A stretch of 64,000 nt of DNA from Candidatus Limivicinus sp. (GTDB taxonomy: Bacteria > Bacillota > Clostridia > Oscillospirales > Oscillospiraceae): the NCBI GenBank assembly GCA_051866745.1, contig JBJDXQ010000022.1:84533-148532 (forward strand), given 5' to 3'. Positions 44,875 through 52,752 of the stretch are shown here, one piece after another (position 1 is the stretch's first letter; every line of letters begins with the position of its first letter). Below the pieces are notes generated by a model, which saw only the letters and a list, made by a program, of their open reading frames with translations, had not been told where the DNA came from and did not search any database. Both the position numbers and the translations under genes were made by a program.

Positions 44875-45935
44875 GGAAACTATACTTGATCCGCCATGGC
44901 AGGCCGGATATTCCCCAGGGGAAACGGCTCTGCCTGGGCCGCGCCGATATCCCCCTGGGAACCCTGGGCCGGATGCAGGCCTGCCTGCTGGGACAGGAGC
45001 TGGAGGGCCGGGTGAGCCGGGTGTTTTCCAGCCCGCTTTCCCGGGCGGTGCAGACAGCAGAGGGAATCTCCCGGGAGGTCACGGTTCTGGACGGACTGAC
45101 GGAGCTTTCCGCCGGGGATTGGGACGGACTGGACTTTGACGAAATTGCCCGGCGCTGGCCAGCGCTCTATGCCGCCAGGGGGGCCAACCCCAATTTGCCC
45201 ATCCCCGGGGCGGAGGACGCGGCGGCAGGACAGCAGCGCTTCCTGGCGGCGGTCAGGGACGCCCTGGAGGCTTCTGCCGGGGATATTGCCATTGCGGCCC
45301 ATATCAGCGTCAACCAGCTGCTGCTGTGCCAGGGGCTGGGCATCTCCCCCTATGAGGCCAGGCAGTTCCGCCTGCCTTATGGAAGCTATTGTGAACTGGC
45401 ATTCGACGATAGGGGAGGCTTCACCGTGGAGAGCGTGGGCCGGCTTCCCCGCCCGGTTCTCACGCCGGAACTGGCGGAGAAGCTGCTGCTGGCAGCTGCC
45501 CCCGGGGAGCAGGTGACGGCCCACAGCAGGGCCGTGGCAAAGGAGGCGCTGCGGATTGCCGGGGCGCTGCCGCTGACGCTGGACAAGGCGCTGCTGGAAA
45601 GCGCCGCCCTGCTGCACGACATTGCCCGCTCCCAGCCGGAGCATGCGTTGCTGGGGAGCCAATGGCTGCGGGAGCTGGGCTATGACAGGGCGGCAGAACT
45701 GGTGGAGAGCCATCACGACTGGGAAAGCGGCAGTCTGGATGAAAGGGCGATTCTATACATTGCCGATAAATGCGTCCGGGAGGACAGACGGGTCAGGCTG
45801 GAAGAGCGCTTTGAGGGCAGCGCGGCCCGCTGCAAAGACCGGGAAGCGCTGGAGGCCCACCGGCGGCGCTATGACGCTGCGCTGGCTTTGAAGGAAGAGA
45901 TTAACCGCTTGGGCGGCCAGGCGATCATCGAATAA
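44871..45935 (+). CDS. histidine phosphatase (PGAM/CobC-like) fused to an HD-domain phosphohydrolase
   Basis: LYLIRHGRPD (RHG motif) ... SSPLSRAVQTAE, then C-terminal ALLHDIAR ... ESHHDW. ATGA overlap with the preceding gene. Confidence 0.8.
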   Translation: MRKLYLIRHGRPDIPQGKRLCLGRADIPLGTLGRMQACLLGQELEGRVSRVFSSPLSRAVQTAEGISREVTVLDGLTELSAGDWDGLDFDEIARRWPALYAARGANPNLPIPGAEDAAAGQQRFLAAVRDALEASAGDIAIAAHISVNQLLLCQGLGISPYEARQFRLPYGSYCELAFDDRGGFTVESVGRLPRPVLTPELAEKLLLAAAPGEQVTAHSRAVAKEALRIAGALPLTLDKALLESAALLHDIARSQPEHALLGSQWLRELGYDRAAELVESHHDWESGSLDERAILYIADKCVREDRRVRLEERFEGSAARCKDREALEAHRRRYDAALALKEEINRLGGQAIIE

Positions 45936-46083
45936 AAGAAGCAAAAGAGCATGCGCAATCGTTGCGGGGCGCTTTTAAACGAACCGAAGGAAAACCGGGC
46001 AGTCACGGCGGAGACCCGGCTTGCAGCGCCGGCGGCTGATTGAGGACGGAAGCTGCTGAATGCGCTTTTATATCGTAACGAAA

Positions 46084-46119
46084 CCAGGCCTTCCCTGTGA
46101 CGGGAAGGCCTGGATTTTT
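46084..46119 (+). terminator. intrinsic terminator
   Basis: Hairpin ccaggccttccc/gggaaggcctgg followed by attttt. Confidence 0.8.
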
Positions 46120-46195
46120 GTTGATTTCCCTGCCACAGGGGCGAGCATCGTCCACAAAATACAGCTGAGTGAAACAGGCGGACGTGCAATGCACG

Positions 46196-46461
46196 CCCCT
46201 ACGGTTCTGATGAGGTGGGGGGACGGCCCTCTCAGCCCAGTGTGCGCACTGGGCAGCTCCCCCAGAGGGGGAGCCAAGAGGGGTGCGGCAGAAGGCCGGC
46301 CACCTCATCCGCCCAGTGTGCGCACTGGGCAGCTCCCCCAGAGGGGGAGCCAAGAGGGGTGCGGCAGAAGGCCGGCCACCTCATCCGCCCAGTGTGCGCA
46401 CTGGGCACCTTCCCCTCGAAGGGGAAGGCTTGAGAATGGGATTTCCTTCCTCGCGGTATGG
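46196..46461. mobile_element. rearranged copy C of the MITE-like family
   Basis: The right arm ccacctcatccgcccagtgtgcgcactgggcaccttcccctcgaaggggaaggcttgag matches copies A and B. The left arm is reduced to ...ctgatgaggtgg. Confidence 0.65.
46235..46407. repeat. 76-bp tandem repeat, two identical units plus a partial third
   Basis: Units 46235-46310 and 46311-46386 are identical. The third unit (from 46387) shares the first 21 nt and then switches to the canonical arm hairpin. Confidence 0.85.
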
Positions 46462-46494
46462 CTTCCGAAAGCCGGTTCCCTTAGCAAGGGGAGC

Positions 46495-47535
46495 CTAATA
46501 CAAAAGAAGAATGTTCGCCGGTGCAATGCCCATCTCTCCGGGGAAATTCTGAGGCTTTTTGTCTTTGGGCAGGCGCCACCAGATGGGCGGGGAGTCCGGG
46601 GCCTGAGAGGCGTAGCGGAACTGGATGATGGTCTCAAAGGGCTCCTCCATCTCCTCCACAAAGGTCACGGGATAGCGGTTCTGCTGGGCGGCGGGATGGA
46701 AATAGTGGGCGCGGATGCCCACGGCCTTCAGGCCCTCCCTTACTTCGGCGGCGGTTTGCAGGCGGACGCCCCAGGAGGGCACCTCCACCTCATGGGTGCC
46801 AACGCGCACCGCCTCCGCAATGTTCTTGCAGCCGGTGAGCAGGGCGGCCTGGGGGCTGCCGGGGTCGGCAAAGAGGGCCTTGGTGGGCTTCTGGGTGAGA
46901 ATCTGCCCGGCGTCCATGACGGCGATCTCCTGACTGAGGTTATAGGCCTCCTCCCGGCTGTGGGTCACCATCAGAACCTCCCGGCCGTAGGAACGGAGAA
47001 TGTCCCGCAGCTCGATTTTCAGCAGATCCCGCAGGTGGCCGTCCAGGGCGGAGAAGGGCTCATCCAGCATCAGGAGCTGTGGCTCGCTGACCATGATGCG
47101 GGCCAGGGCCACCCGCTGGGCCTGGCCGCCGGAGAGCTGATAGGGCCGGTGCTTCTCCAGCCCCTCCAGGCGCATGAGGCGGATCATCTCCCGCAGCCGC
47201 TGCTCCCGGAGGGCTTTGTCCTTCTCCCGGTGCAGGCCGCAGCGGATGTTCTGGGCCACGGTCATGTTGGGAAAGAGGGCATAGTTCTGAAACAGGTAGC
47301 CCACCTGACGCTTCTGGGGCGGCAGGTCGATCTTCTGCTCCGAGTCAAAGAGCACCCGGCCGTCCAGCTCAATATGGCCGCTGTCCGGCCTTTCGATGCC
47401 GGCAATGCATTTGAGAGTATAGCTCTTGCCGCAGCCGGAGGGACCCAGCAGGCAGGTGATGCCATTTTCCGCCTCAAAAGCCACATCCAGGTGAAAGGCG
47501 CCCAAACGCTTATGAATATCCACTACAAGACTCAT
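46495..47535 (-). CDS. modC: molybdate-type ABC transporter ATP-binding protein
   Basis: GPSGCGKS, LSGGQAQRVALARIM and a C-terminal TOBE-like extension. Operon context with modB and modA. Confidence 0.85.
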   Translation of the reverse strand: MSLVVDIHKRLGAFHLDVAFEAENGITCLLGPSGCGKSYTLKCIAGIERPDSGHIELDGRVLFDSEQKIDLPPQKRQVGYLFQNYALFPNMTVAQNIRCGLHREKDKALREQRLREMIRLMRLEGLEKHRPYQLSGGQAQRVALARIMVSEPQLLMLDEPFSALDGHLRDLLKIELRDILRSYGREVLMVTHSREEAYNLSQEIAVMDAGQILTQKPTKALFADPGSPQAALLTGCKNIAEAVRVGTHEVEVPSWGVRLQTAAEVREGLKAVGIRAHYFHPAAQQNRYPVTFVEEMEEPFETIIQFRYASQAPDSPPIWWRLPKDKKPQNFPGEMGIAPANILLLY

Positions 47536-48206
47536 GCTCTGCCCCTCCTTTTCTGCCGGGTTTCCAGCATGTTCACCGCCAGAAGCACCACGGTGCTGAT
47601 GGCCAGGTTGACCAGCACCCAGAACATGGCCCCCGCCTCATCGTTGGTACGCCAGAGCTGGTATACGGTGGTGGAGATGGTGGCCGTCCGGCCGGGGGTA
47701 TAGCCGATGAGCATACTGGTAGCGCCGTACTCCCCCAGGGCCCGGGCAAAGGCCAGGACGGTGCCGGCCAGAATGCCCTGGCGGCAGGCGGGCATACGGA
47801 TGCGCCAGAAGATATAGGTATTGGACAGGCCCAGGGTCTGGCCGGAATAGGCCAGGGTATCGTCAAAGCTCTCAAAGGCACCCCGGGCGGTACGGTACAT
47901 CAGCGGGAAGGACACCACCAGGGCGGCCAGAACACCGCCATACCAGGTCATGACGAACTTGACGCCGAAGTTGGCAAGGAAAATGCCCAAAGGCCGCTTG
48001 GCACCGAAGAGCAGCAGCAGAAAATAGCCGCAGACCGTAGGCGGCAGCACCATGGGCAGGGTGAGGACAACGTCCAGAACGCCCTTCACTGCCCGGGGCA
48101 GGCGGGCGGCATAATAGGCAAAGAAGAGGCCCAGGAAGAACACCAGTACGCAGCTGATGGCAGCGATGCGCAGGGAGTTCCACAGAGGGTAGAGGTCAAT
48201 GTTCAT
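47532..48206 (-). CDS. modB: molybdate ABC transporter permease
   Basis: 224 aa, about 5 TM helices, EAA-like loop FARALGEYGATSM. Overlaps the modC start. Confidence 0.88.
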   Translation of the reverse strand: MNIDLYPLWNSLRIAAISCVLVFFLGLFFAYYAARLPRAVKGVLDVVLTLPMVLPPTVCGYFLLLLFGAKRPLGIFLANFGVKFVMTWYGGVLAALVVSFPLMYRTARGAFESFDDTLAYSGQTLGLSNTYIFWRIRMPACRQGILAGTVLAFARALGEYGATSMLIGYTPGRTATISTTVYQLWRTNDEAGAMFWVLVNLAISTVVLLAVNMLETRQKRRGRA

Positions 48207-48242
48207 AGGGGACGCTCCAAATTTTTATTTCCGAATTCTTAT

Positions 48243-48273
48243 TTGAAAAGGCAGCACATAAGTGCTGCCTTTT
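48243..48273. repeat. left copy of duplicated hairpin flanking MITE copy B
   Basis: ttgaaaaggcagcacataagtgctgcctttt is identical to 48528-48558. Confidence 0.85.
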
Positions 48274-48527
48274 TACAGCTTGTCAAAAAGTCTGTTTTAC
48301 GTGCTGCACCAGTGGGTTCTGCCAGTCAAAGGCTTCCCCTTGAGGGGAAGCTGGCGGCGTAGCCGACTGATGAGGTGGCAAGTAAAAACCGGGAAAAAAC
48401 AGAAACTTCCATCAAAAAAACAGGATTTCCACCTCATCCGCCCAGTGCGCGCACTGGGCACCTTCCCCTCAAGGGGAAGGCTTGAGAAAGTGTTCTCCTT
48501 CCTCGTACTATGTTTTTTGACAGTCTC
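48274..48527. mobile_element. MITE-like palindromic element, copy B (about 254 bp), inside the modA-modB intergenic region
   Basis: Collinear with copy A (21732-21984) with scattered substitutions. It is flanked by a perfect 31-bp direct repeat. Confidence 0.75.
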
Positions 48528-48558
48528 TTGAAAAGGCAGCACATAAGTGCTGCCTTTT
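48528..48558. repeat. right copy of duplicated hairpin (modA-proximal)
   Basis: Identical to 48243-48273; located 17 nt from the modA stop. Confidence 0.85.
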
Positions 48559-48575
48559 CAGTTGATGCAAGGGGT

Positions 48576-49463
48576 TCAGGCGACGGGGGAGAAGCCCACG
48601 GATTCAAACACGGACATGGCGGGCTCGGTCAGCAGGTAGTCCAGGAAGGCCTGGGCCTCGGTGGGATGGGAGCTGGTTTTCAGCACGGAGGCGGGGTAGA
48701 TCACCTGGCCGCACATCTCGGCGGTGGCGCTGTCAGCCACGGTGAGGCCGGCAGAGAACGCGTCGGTGCAGTACACCACGCCGCAGTCAACACTGGCTTC
48801 GCTGACCTGAGTGGTGACTTCCTTCACGTTGGTGCCGTAGGTGATGAGGCCGGCGTTGGCCAGCTCTTCCTCGCTGAGCTCATAATAGGCCAGAATCTTC
48901 TGGGTGTACTGGCCCACAGGCACGTCGCTGTTGCCCATGGCCATGAACACGTCGCCGTTCTTCAGGGCCTCGGCCAGCTGGTCAAAGGACTCCAGGCCCT
49001 TGGGGTTGCCATCGGGAACGGCCAGAACCACCTTGTTCTCCAGCAGGTTCAGGCGGCTGTCTGCCAGGACAAAGTCCAGACCCTCGGTATTCACATCGGC
49101 AGAGGCGTTGATGTCCAGCTGGTCCATCTGCTTCTGGCCGGCGGAAATGAACAGGTCGCAGTCGGCCCCCTCCTGAATCTGGGTCTTCAGGGTGCCGGAG
49201 GAGTCAAAGTTATAAGTAATGGTGATTTCCGGGTGATCGGCCTCATACAGGTCCTTGATCTGGGTGAGGGTTTCGGTCATGGAAGCGGCGGCAAAGACGA
49301 TGATCTCCGTCTTTTCCACAGGGGCGGCCTCGGGGGCGGCTTCTGCCGGGGCTTCCGTGGCGGCAGGTTCAGCGGCGGGCTGGGCGGAGGAACCGCCGCA
49401 GGCAGCCAGGGCCACTACCATTGCCAGAGCAAGCAGCAGGGCCAACATTTTTTTCATTTTCAT
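48576..49463 (-). CDS. modA: molybdate ABC transporter substrate-binding lipoprotein
   Basis: Signal peptide with lipobox (LALAMVVALAACGG), IIVFAAASMTETL and the ModA-like length. Confidence 0.88.
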   Translation of the reverse strand: MKMKKMLALLLALAMVVALAACGGSSAQPAAEPAATEAPAEAAPEAAPVEKTEIIVFAAASMTETLTQIKDLYEADHPEITITYNFDSSGTLKTQIQEGADCDLFISAGQKQMDQLDINASADVNTEGLDFVLADSRLNLLENKVVLAVPDGNPKGLESFDQLAEALKNGDVFMAMGNSDVPVGQYTQKILAYYELSEEELANAGLITYGTNVKEVTTQVSEASVDCGVVYCTDAFSAGLTVADSATAEMCGQVIYPASVLKTSSHPTEAQAFLDYLLTEPAMSVFESVGFSPVA

Positions 49464-49553
49464 TCTTTCACTCCTTCTCCATATTTCAGGAAAAAATTTA
49501 TATAAACGCGATTTACGCGCTAATACCGAATGAAAGAGAGGCTTGGCTTTGGC

Positions 49554-50579
49554 TCAGACGCCTTTGCCGAAGCCGCAGTTGGGGAAGTGGCAGACCGGGC
49601 AGTTCAGGCACAGGCCACCGTTGCCCAGGCCGGCCAGCCATTCCCTGGTGACCGGGGTATCCGTCACCAGGTAGGGGAGAACCAGGTCAAAGATGGTGCG
49701 TTTGGCGTACATCACGCAGCCGGGCAGGCCGCAGATGGGGCGGCCATCCGCCGAATAGGATACCAGAAACATGGCGCCGGGCAGCACAGGGGCGCCGTAG
49801 GAGACGATGCGGGCGCCGGTGTTTTTAATGGCGAGGGGGGTCTTGTCATCCGGGTCCACGCTCATGCCGCCGCTGCAGAACACCATCTGGCAGCCCTGGG
49901 CCAGCATATCCTGAATGGCGGCGGTGATCTTCTCATGGTCATCGTCCAGAATCACATGGGCGGTCATCTCGCAGCCAAACTCCGCCAGCTTTTGCTCAAT
50001 GACGGGGGTGAAGGTGTCCTGAATCCGGCCGCGGAACACCTCGTTGCCGGTGGTGACCACGCCGTAGGGCCGGGCCTTCACAGGCATCAGGCGCATCAGA
50101 GGCTTGTCCCCGGCCAGCTCTTTGGCTTTGGCCATGCGCTCCTTTGCGATCACCAGAGGGATGACCCGGGTGCCGCAGAGCTTGTCCCCCTTCTTCACCA
50201 TGAAGCCGGAGGGACGGGTGGCGATCATCATATCCCCCAGGGCGTTGATGGCCCGCAGGCGCTCCAGGTCGATCAGCAGGAGACCGTCTGTATCGGCAAT
50301 CAGCTCGATCTTGCCCTCCTTGGGCTCAGTGGCGTGCATGTTCCCGCTGATGCAGATATCCCGCAGAATCTCCGCCGCCTCGTTCTCGTGGTACATGCTG
50401 TCGTCATTCTCCCAGATATAGACCGACTCCTTGCCCACGCTCAGCAGTACCGGCACATCCTCCGGCTGGATGATATGGCCTTTGCGGAAAACGGCGTCCT
50501 TGGTGACGCCCTTGATGATCTGGGTAATGTCATGGCACAGCACCTGGCCCACGGCATCCTCGGTGCGCATCAGTTTCAT
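49554..50579 (-). CDS. MoeA-related molybdopterin-binding (MoCF-biosynthesis domain) protein with C-terminal Cys cluster
   Basis: VVTTGNEVFRGRIQDTF ... MVFCSGGMSVDPDDKTP is the MogA/MoeA domain-III pattern. The tail is CLNCPVCHFPNCGFG. Confidence 0.75.
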   Translation of the reverse strand: MKLMRTEDAVGQVLCHDITQIIKGVTKDAVFRKGHIIQPEDVPVLLSVGKESVYIWENDDSMYHENEAAEILRDICISGNMHATEPKEGKIELIADTDGLLLIDLERLRAINALGDMMIATRPSGFMVKKGDKLCGTRVIPLVIAKERMAKAKELAGDKPLMRLMPVKARPYGVVTTGNEVFRGRIQDTFTPVIEQKLAEFGCEMTAHVILDDDHEKITAAIQDMLAQGCQMVFCSGGMSVDPDDKTPLAIKNTGARIVSYGAPVLPGAMFLVSYSADGRPICGLPGCVMYAKRTIFDLVLPYLVTDTPVTREWLAGLGNGGLCLNCPVCHFPNCGFGKGV

Positions 50580-50659
50580 GGGTTGACCTCCTTATTCGGG
50601 ATTGTTCGATCAGAAAACAGCAAAAAAGCAAGTTGTTTTTCAATATAATTCGCTCTTGT

Positions 50660-50688
50660 ATTATCGCAAATCGTGCTGCGTTTGTCAA
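50660..50688 (-). promoter_or_regulatory. candidate promoter of the moeA-like/modABC transcription unit
   Basis: On the minus strand: TTGACA, 17 nt, GATAAT. Confidence 0.6.
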
Positions 50689-50732
50689 CCACGTTTTTCA
50701 CCGGGGGGATCTGTTTCTCTTTCTCACCGGAC

Positions 50733-50753
50733 TGGTGGGGGAAGGTGGATTCG
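50733..50753 (-). repeat. 21-bp duplicate of the tRNA-Tyr 3-prime end (T-loop to CCA)
   Basis: tggtgggggaaggtggattcg is identical to 50841-50861. Confidence 0.8.
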
Positions 50754-50801
50754 CCTCGGCTGCGGCGAAGGCTGCCTCGGGTTCGAGTCCTTTCGGATAA
50801 T

Positions 50802-50840
50802 AAGAATAGGGAGCACTCCCGCAGGAGTGCTCCCTATTCT
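50802..50840 (-). terminator. terminator hairpin after tRNA-Tyr
   Basis: 18-bp stem aagaatagggagcactcc/ggagtgctccctattctt. Confidence 0.7.
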
Positions 50841-50925
50841 TGGTGGGGGAAGGTGGATTCGAACCACCGAAGGCATTGCCAGCAGATTTACAGTCTGTCC
50901 CCTTTGGCCACTCGGGAATTCCCCC
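50841..50925 (-). tRNA. tRNA-Tyr (GTA), CCA encoded
   Basis: The reverse complement folds as gggggaa..cccgagtggccaaagggg..actGTAaatc..long variable arm..ggtggttcgaatccaccttcccccacca. Length 85 nt. Confidence 0.9.
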
Positions 50926-50991
50926 ATATTTAACTTTGAAGCCCTTTTGTCACTCAAACCAAAGCCCGGCGAAGCGGGGTGGATTTGACGT

Positions 50992-51067
50992 TGGAGCTGG
51001 TGGACGGACTCGAACCCCCGACCTGCTGATTACAAATCAGCTGCTCTACCGACTGAGCTACACCAGC
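50992..51067 (-). tRNA. tRNA-Thr (TGT), CCA encoded
   Basis: Reverse complement: gctggtgtagctcagtcggtagagcagctgatTTGTAAtcagcaggtcgggggttcgagtccgtccaccagctcca. The cloverleaf has one T-stem mismatch. Confidence 0.88.
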
Positions 51068-51133
51068 GTATAAAAGCCGGCGCTGCTCTTGCAGTGATTT
51101 GTGATCACTGCGCGGGCTCTTAACCGCTCAGTT

Positions 51134-51162
51134 ATAATAGCAAACACCGACCGATTTGTCAA
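51134..51162 (-). promoter_or_regulatory. candidate promoter of the tRNA-Thr/tRNA-Tyr unit
   Basis: On the minus strand: TTGACA, 17 nt, TATTAT. Confidence 0.6.
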
Positions 51163-51539
51163 CAGGAATTTTTAAAAAACGTGAAAAAATTTGGGACAGC
51201 TTTTTTTTCGTAAGTACCCCGGCTTCATTGGCATTGGCCGGGGCTGCCGGGGCCCGTGGTCATGTACCGGCGGCCCCGTTTTTTTTGGCGTTCCGGTGAA
51301 AGGCCCCGCCAATAAACCGCCTTTGAGTGAATGATTCAACGACTCCTCAAACAGACAGGAATAGACATATTCAAGATGCAAAATTATTGTATAGAAAACA
51401 AAAACCAGATAAAAACGTCATACAATTGAACAGTAAAGTTCAATGGATAATAAAAAATTTGTAGTATAATTATTCAAATAAGCGGATATAACGGATGCTG
51501 GATGTGTTTGCAGATACCCGTGCAAAGGAGGGATAAAAG

Positions 51540-52541
51540 TTGGCAAGGAGAGATCTTGACCTGAAGTCTATTCTGGACATACCGCTTTGGGAGAAAATAC
51601 AGGATGAGTTCGCCAGGCTTACCGGCACGGCGATTGTTACCATTGATTATAAGGGCAACCCCATCACCAAGCATAGCGGCCGGACGGATTTTTGCAGCGT
51701 TATCCGGGAAGACCCTGTCTTTCACAAGCGCTGCTGCCGCTGCGACGCCCTGGCAGGGCTGGAGGCGGTGCGCATTGGAAAACCCTATATCTATCTCTGC
51801 CATTGCGGCATCGTGGATGTGGCGGTGCCGGTGACGGTAGGGGATCGATATTTGGGCGCGGTGATGTTTGGTCAGGTGCGCATACCCGATAACGATACCG
51901 ACGCCAAGGTGGAACGCCTTGTCAGCGAGGTCAGCTCCTTCCAGGCCGGCAGCGAGGGCACCCGGCAGGACCTGCTGGAGATGTATGAGCGGCTGCCGGA
52001 AATGGAGTATAAGCGCATTGTGGCCATTGCAAACACACTGGGCGCCGTTGTAAACTATATCGTTGACCGGGCGGTGCACAGCGAGAATGAGACCATGACC
52101 TACAAATTCCTCCTGCAAAACAGCAATATACACAACGCCGCCGCTTTTTCGGAGATACAGGAGCTGAAAGCGCCGGAGTTAGAGTGGGGGGATTTGCCCG
52201 CGGAGCGGGAGCTGCCCGAGAGCAGTCCGATCTATCCGGCAGTGGCCTATGTGCACAACCATCGGCAGGAGATGGTGACCATGAACGATATGGCCCGGCT
52301 TTGCCACCTCAGTCCCAGCTATTTTTCCCGTTTGTTCCGGCGGGAAATGGGGGAAAACTTTATAAATTATGTAAACCGAATTAAAGTGCAGTGGGCCAAG
52401 GAGCGGCTGCGCAGCAGCAATGACAGCGTGGTGCAGATCGCCCAGGAGCTGGGTTATATGGACTCCAGTTATTTTATCAGCGTGTTCAAGAAATTTGAGG
52501 GCACCACACCTCTGGCCTACCGGCAGAATAAGTACCGCTGA
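51540..52541 (+). CDS. PocR-sensor domain / AraC-family HTH regulator
   Basis: TTG start follows GGAGGG. The N-terminal PocR pattern is present (FARLTGTAIVTIDYKGNPIT...FC...C..CD...YLCHCGIVDVAVPV). The C-terminus has the AraC double HTH. Confidence 0.85.
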   Translation: MARRDLDLKSILDIPLWEKIQDEFARLTGTAIVTIDYKGNPITKHSGRTDFCSVIREDPVFHKRCCRCDALAGLEAVRIGKPYIYLCHCGIVDVAVPVTVGDRYLGAVMFGQVRIPDNDTDAKVERLVSEVSSFQAGSEGTRQDLLEMYERLPEMEYKRIVAIANTLGAVVNYIVDRAVHSENETMTYKFLLQNSNIHNAAAFSEIQELKAPELEWGDLPAERELPESSPIYPAVAYVHNHRQEMVTMNDMARLCHLSPSYFSRLFRREMGENFINYVNRIKVQWAKERLRSSNDSVVQIAQELGYMDSSYFISVFKKFEGTTPLAYRQNKYR

Positions 52542-52752
52542 GTGTTCCAATTGAATGAAGGCTTCCCAGAAGGCCGGATGGGCTCCCAAGCTCATCCGGT
52601 TTCAGCTTGTTGGGTAAATTATGCATAATCTGCGAATTATGGCCTTGCGTAAGCGCGCTTTTCCGTTTATAATGCATAACATAAACCTTATCCTCTTCCT
52701 GCTGCTTGTTTTAACAGAAAGAGAAGAAAATTTATTTATGGAGGGTTTCCTT

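Noticed and set aside
46235-46433. A possible CRISPR array, suggested by the regularly spaced repeats containing a palindrome.
   Set aside because: The period is 76 bp and the units are entirely identical, so there are no unique spacers. There are only 2.3 units, no leader and no cas genes. It is a tandem duplication of a repeat arm.
46060-47703. A 547-aa plus-strand ORF running from the repeat region through the antisense strand of modC.
   Set aside because: The first part translates the palindromic repeats (PPHPPSVRTGQLPQRGSQEG repeated). The rest is antisense to a bona fide ABC ATPase. It has no coding signal of its own.
49464-50732. A molybdenum-cofactor (Moco) riboswitch upstream of modA, the moeA-like gene or the oxidoreductase operon.
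   Set aside because: The leaders are short (about 85-90 nt). They show no extended conserved multi-stem structure that I recognise as the Moco motif. A covariance-model scan would be needed to exclude it formally.
50580-51170. A prophage or integrative element at the tRNA-Thr/tRNA-Tyr locus.
   Set aside because: No integrase, excisionase or phage genes occur anywhere in the window. Only the 21-bp tRNA-Tyr end duplication is seen, and it is reported separately as a scar.
51172-51381. A 69-aa minus-strand ORF and nearby GC hairpins (51217-51243, 51250-51290 with a T8 run) in the tRNA/pocR intergenic region.
   Set aside because: The ORF has no RBS and an odd composition. The hairpin-plus-T-run looks like an orphan plus-strand terminator with no upstream plus-strand gene. 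It is possibly a small RNA 3-prime end, but nothing in the sequence alone supports a specific call.
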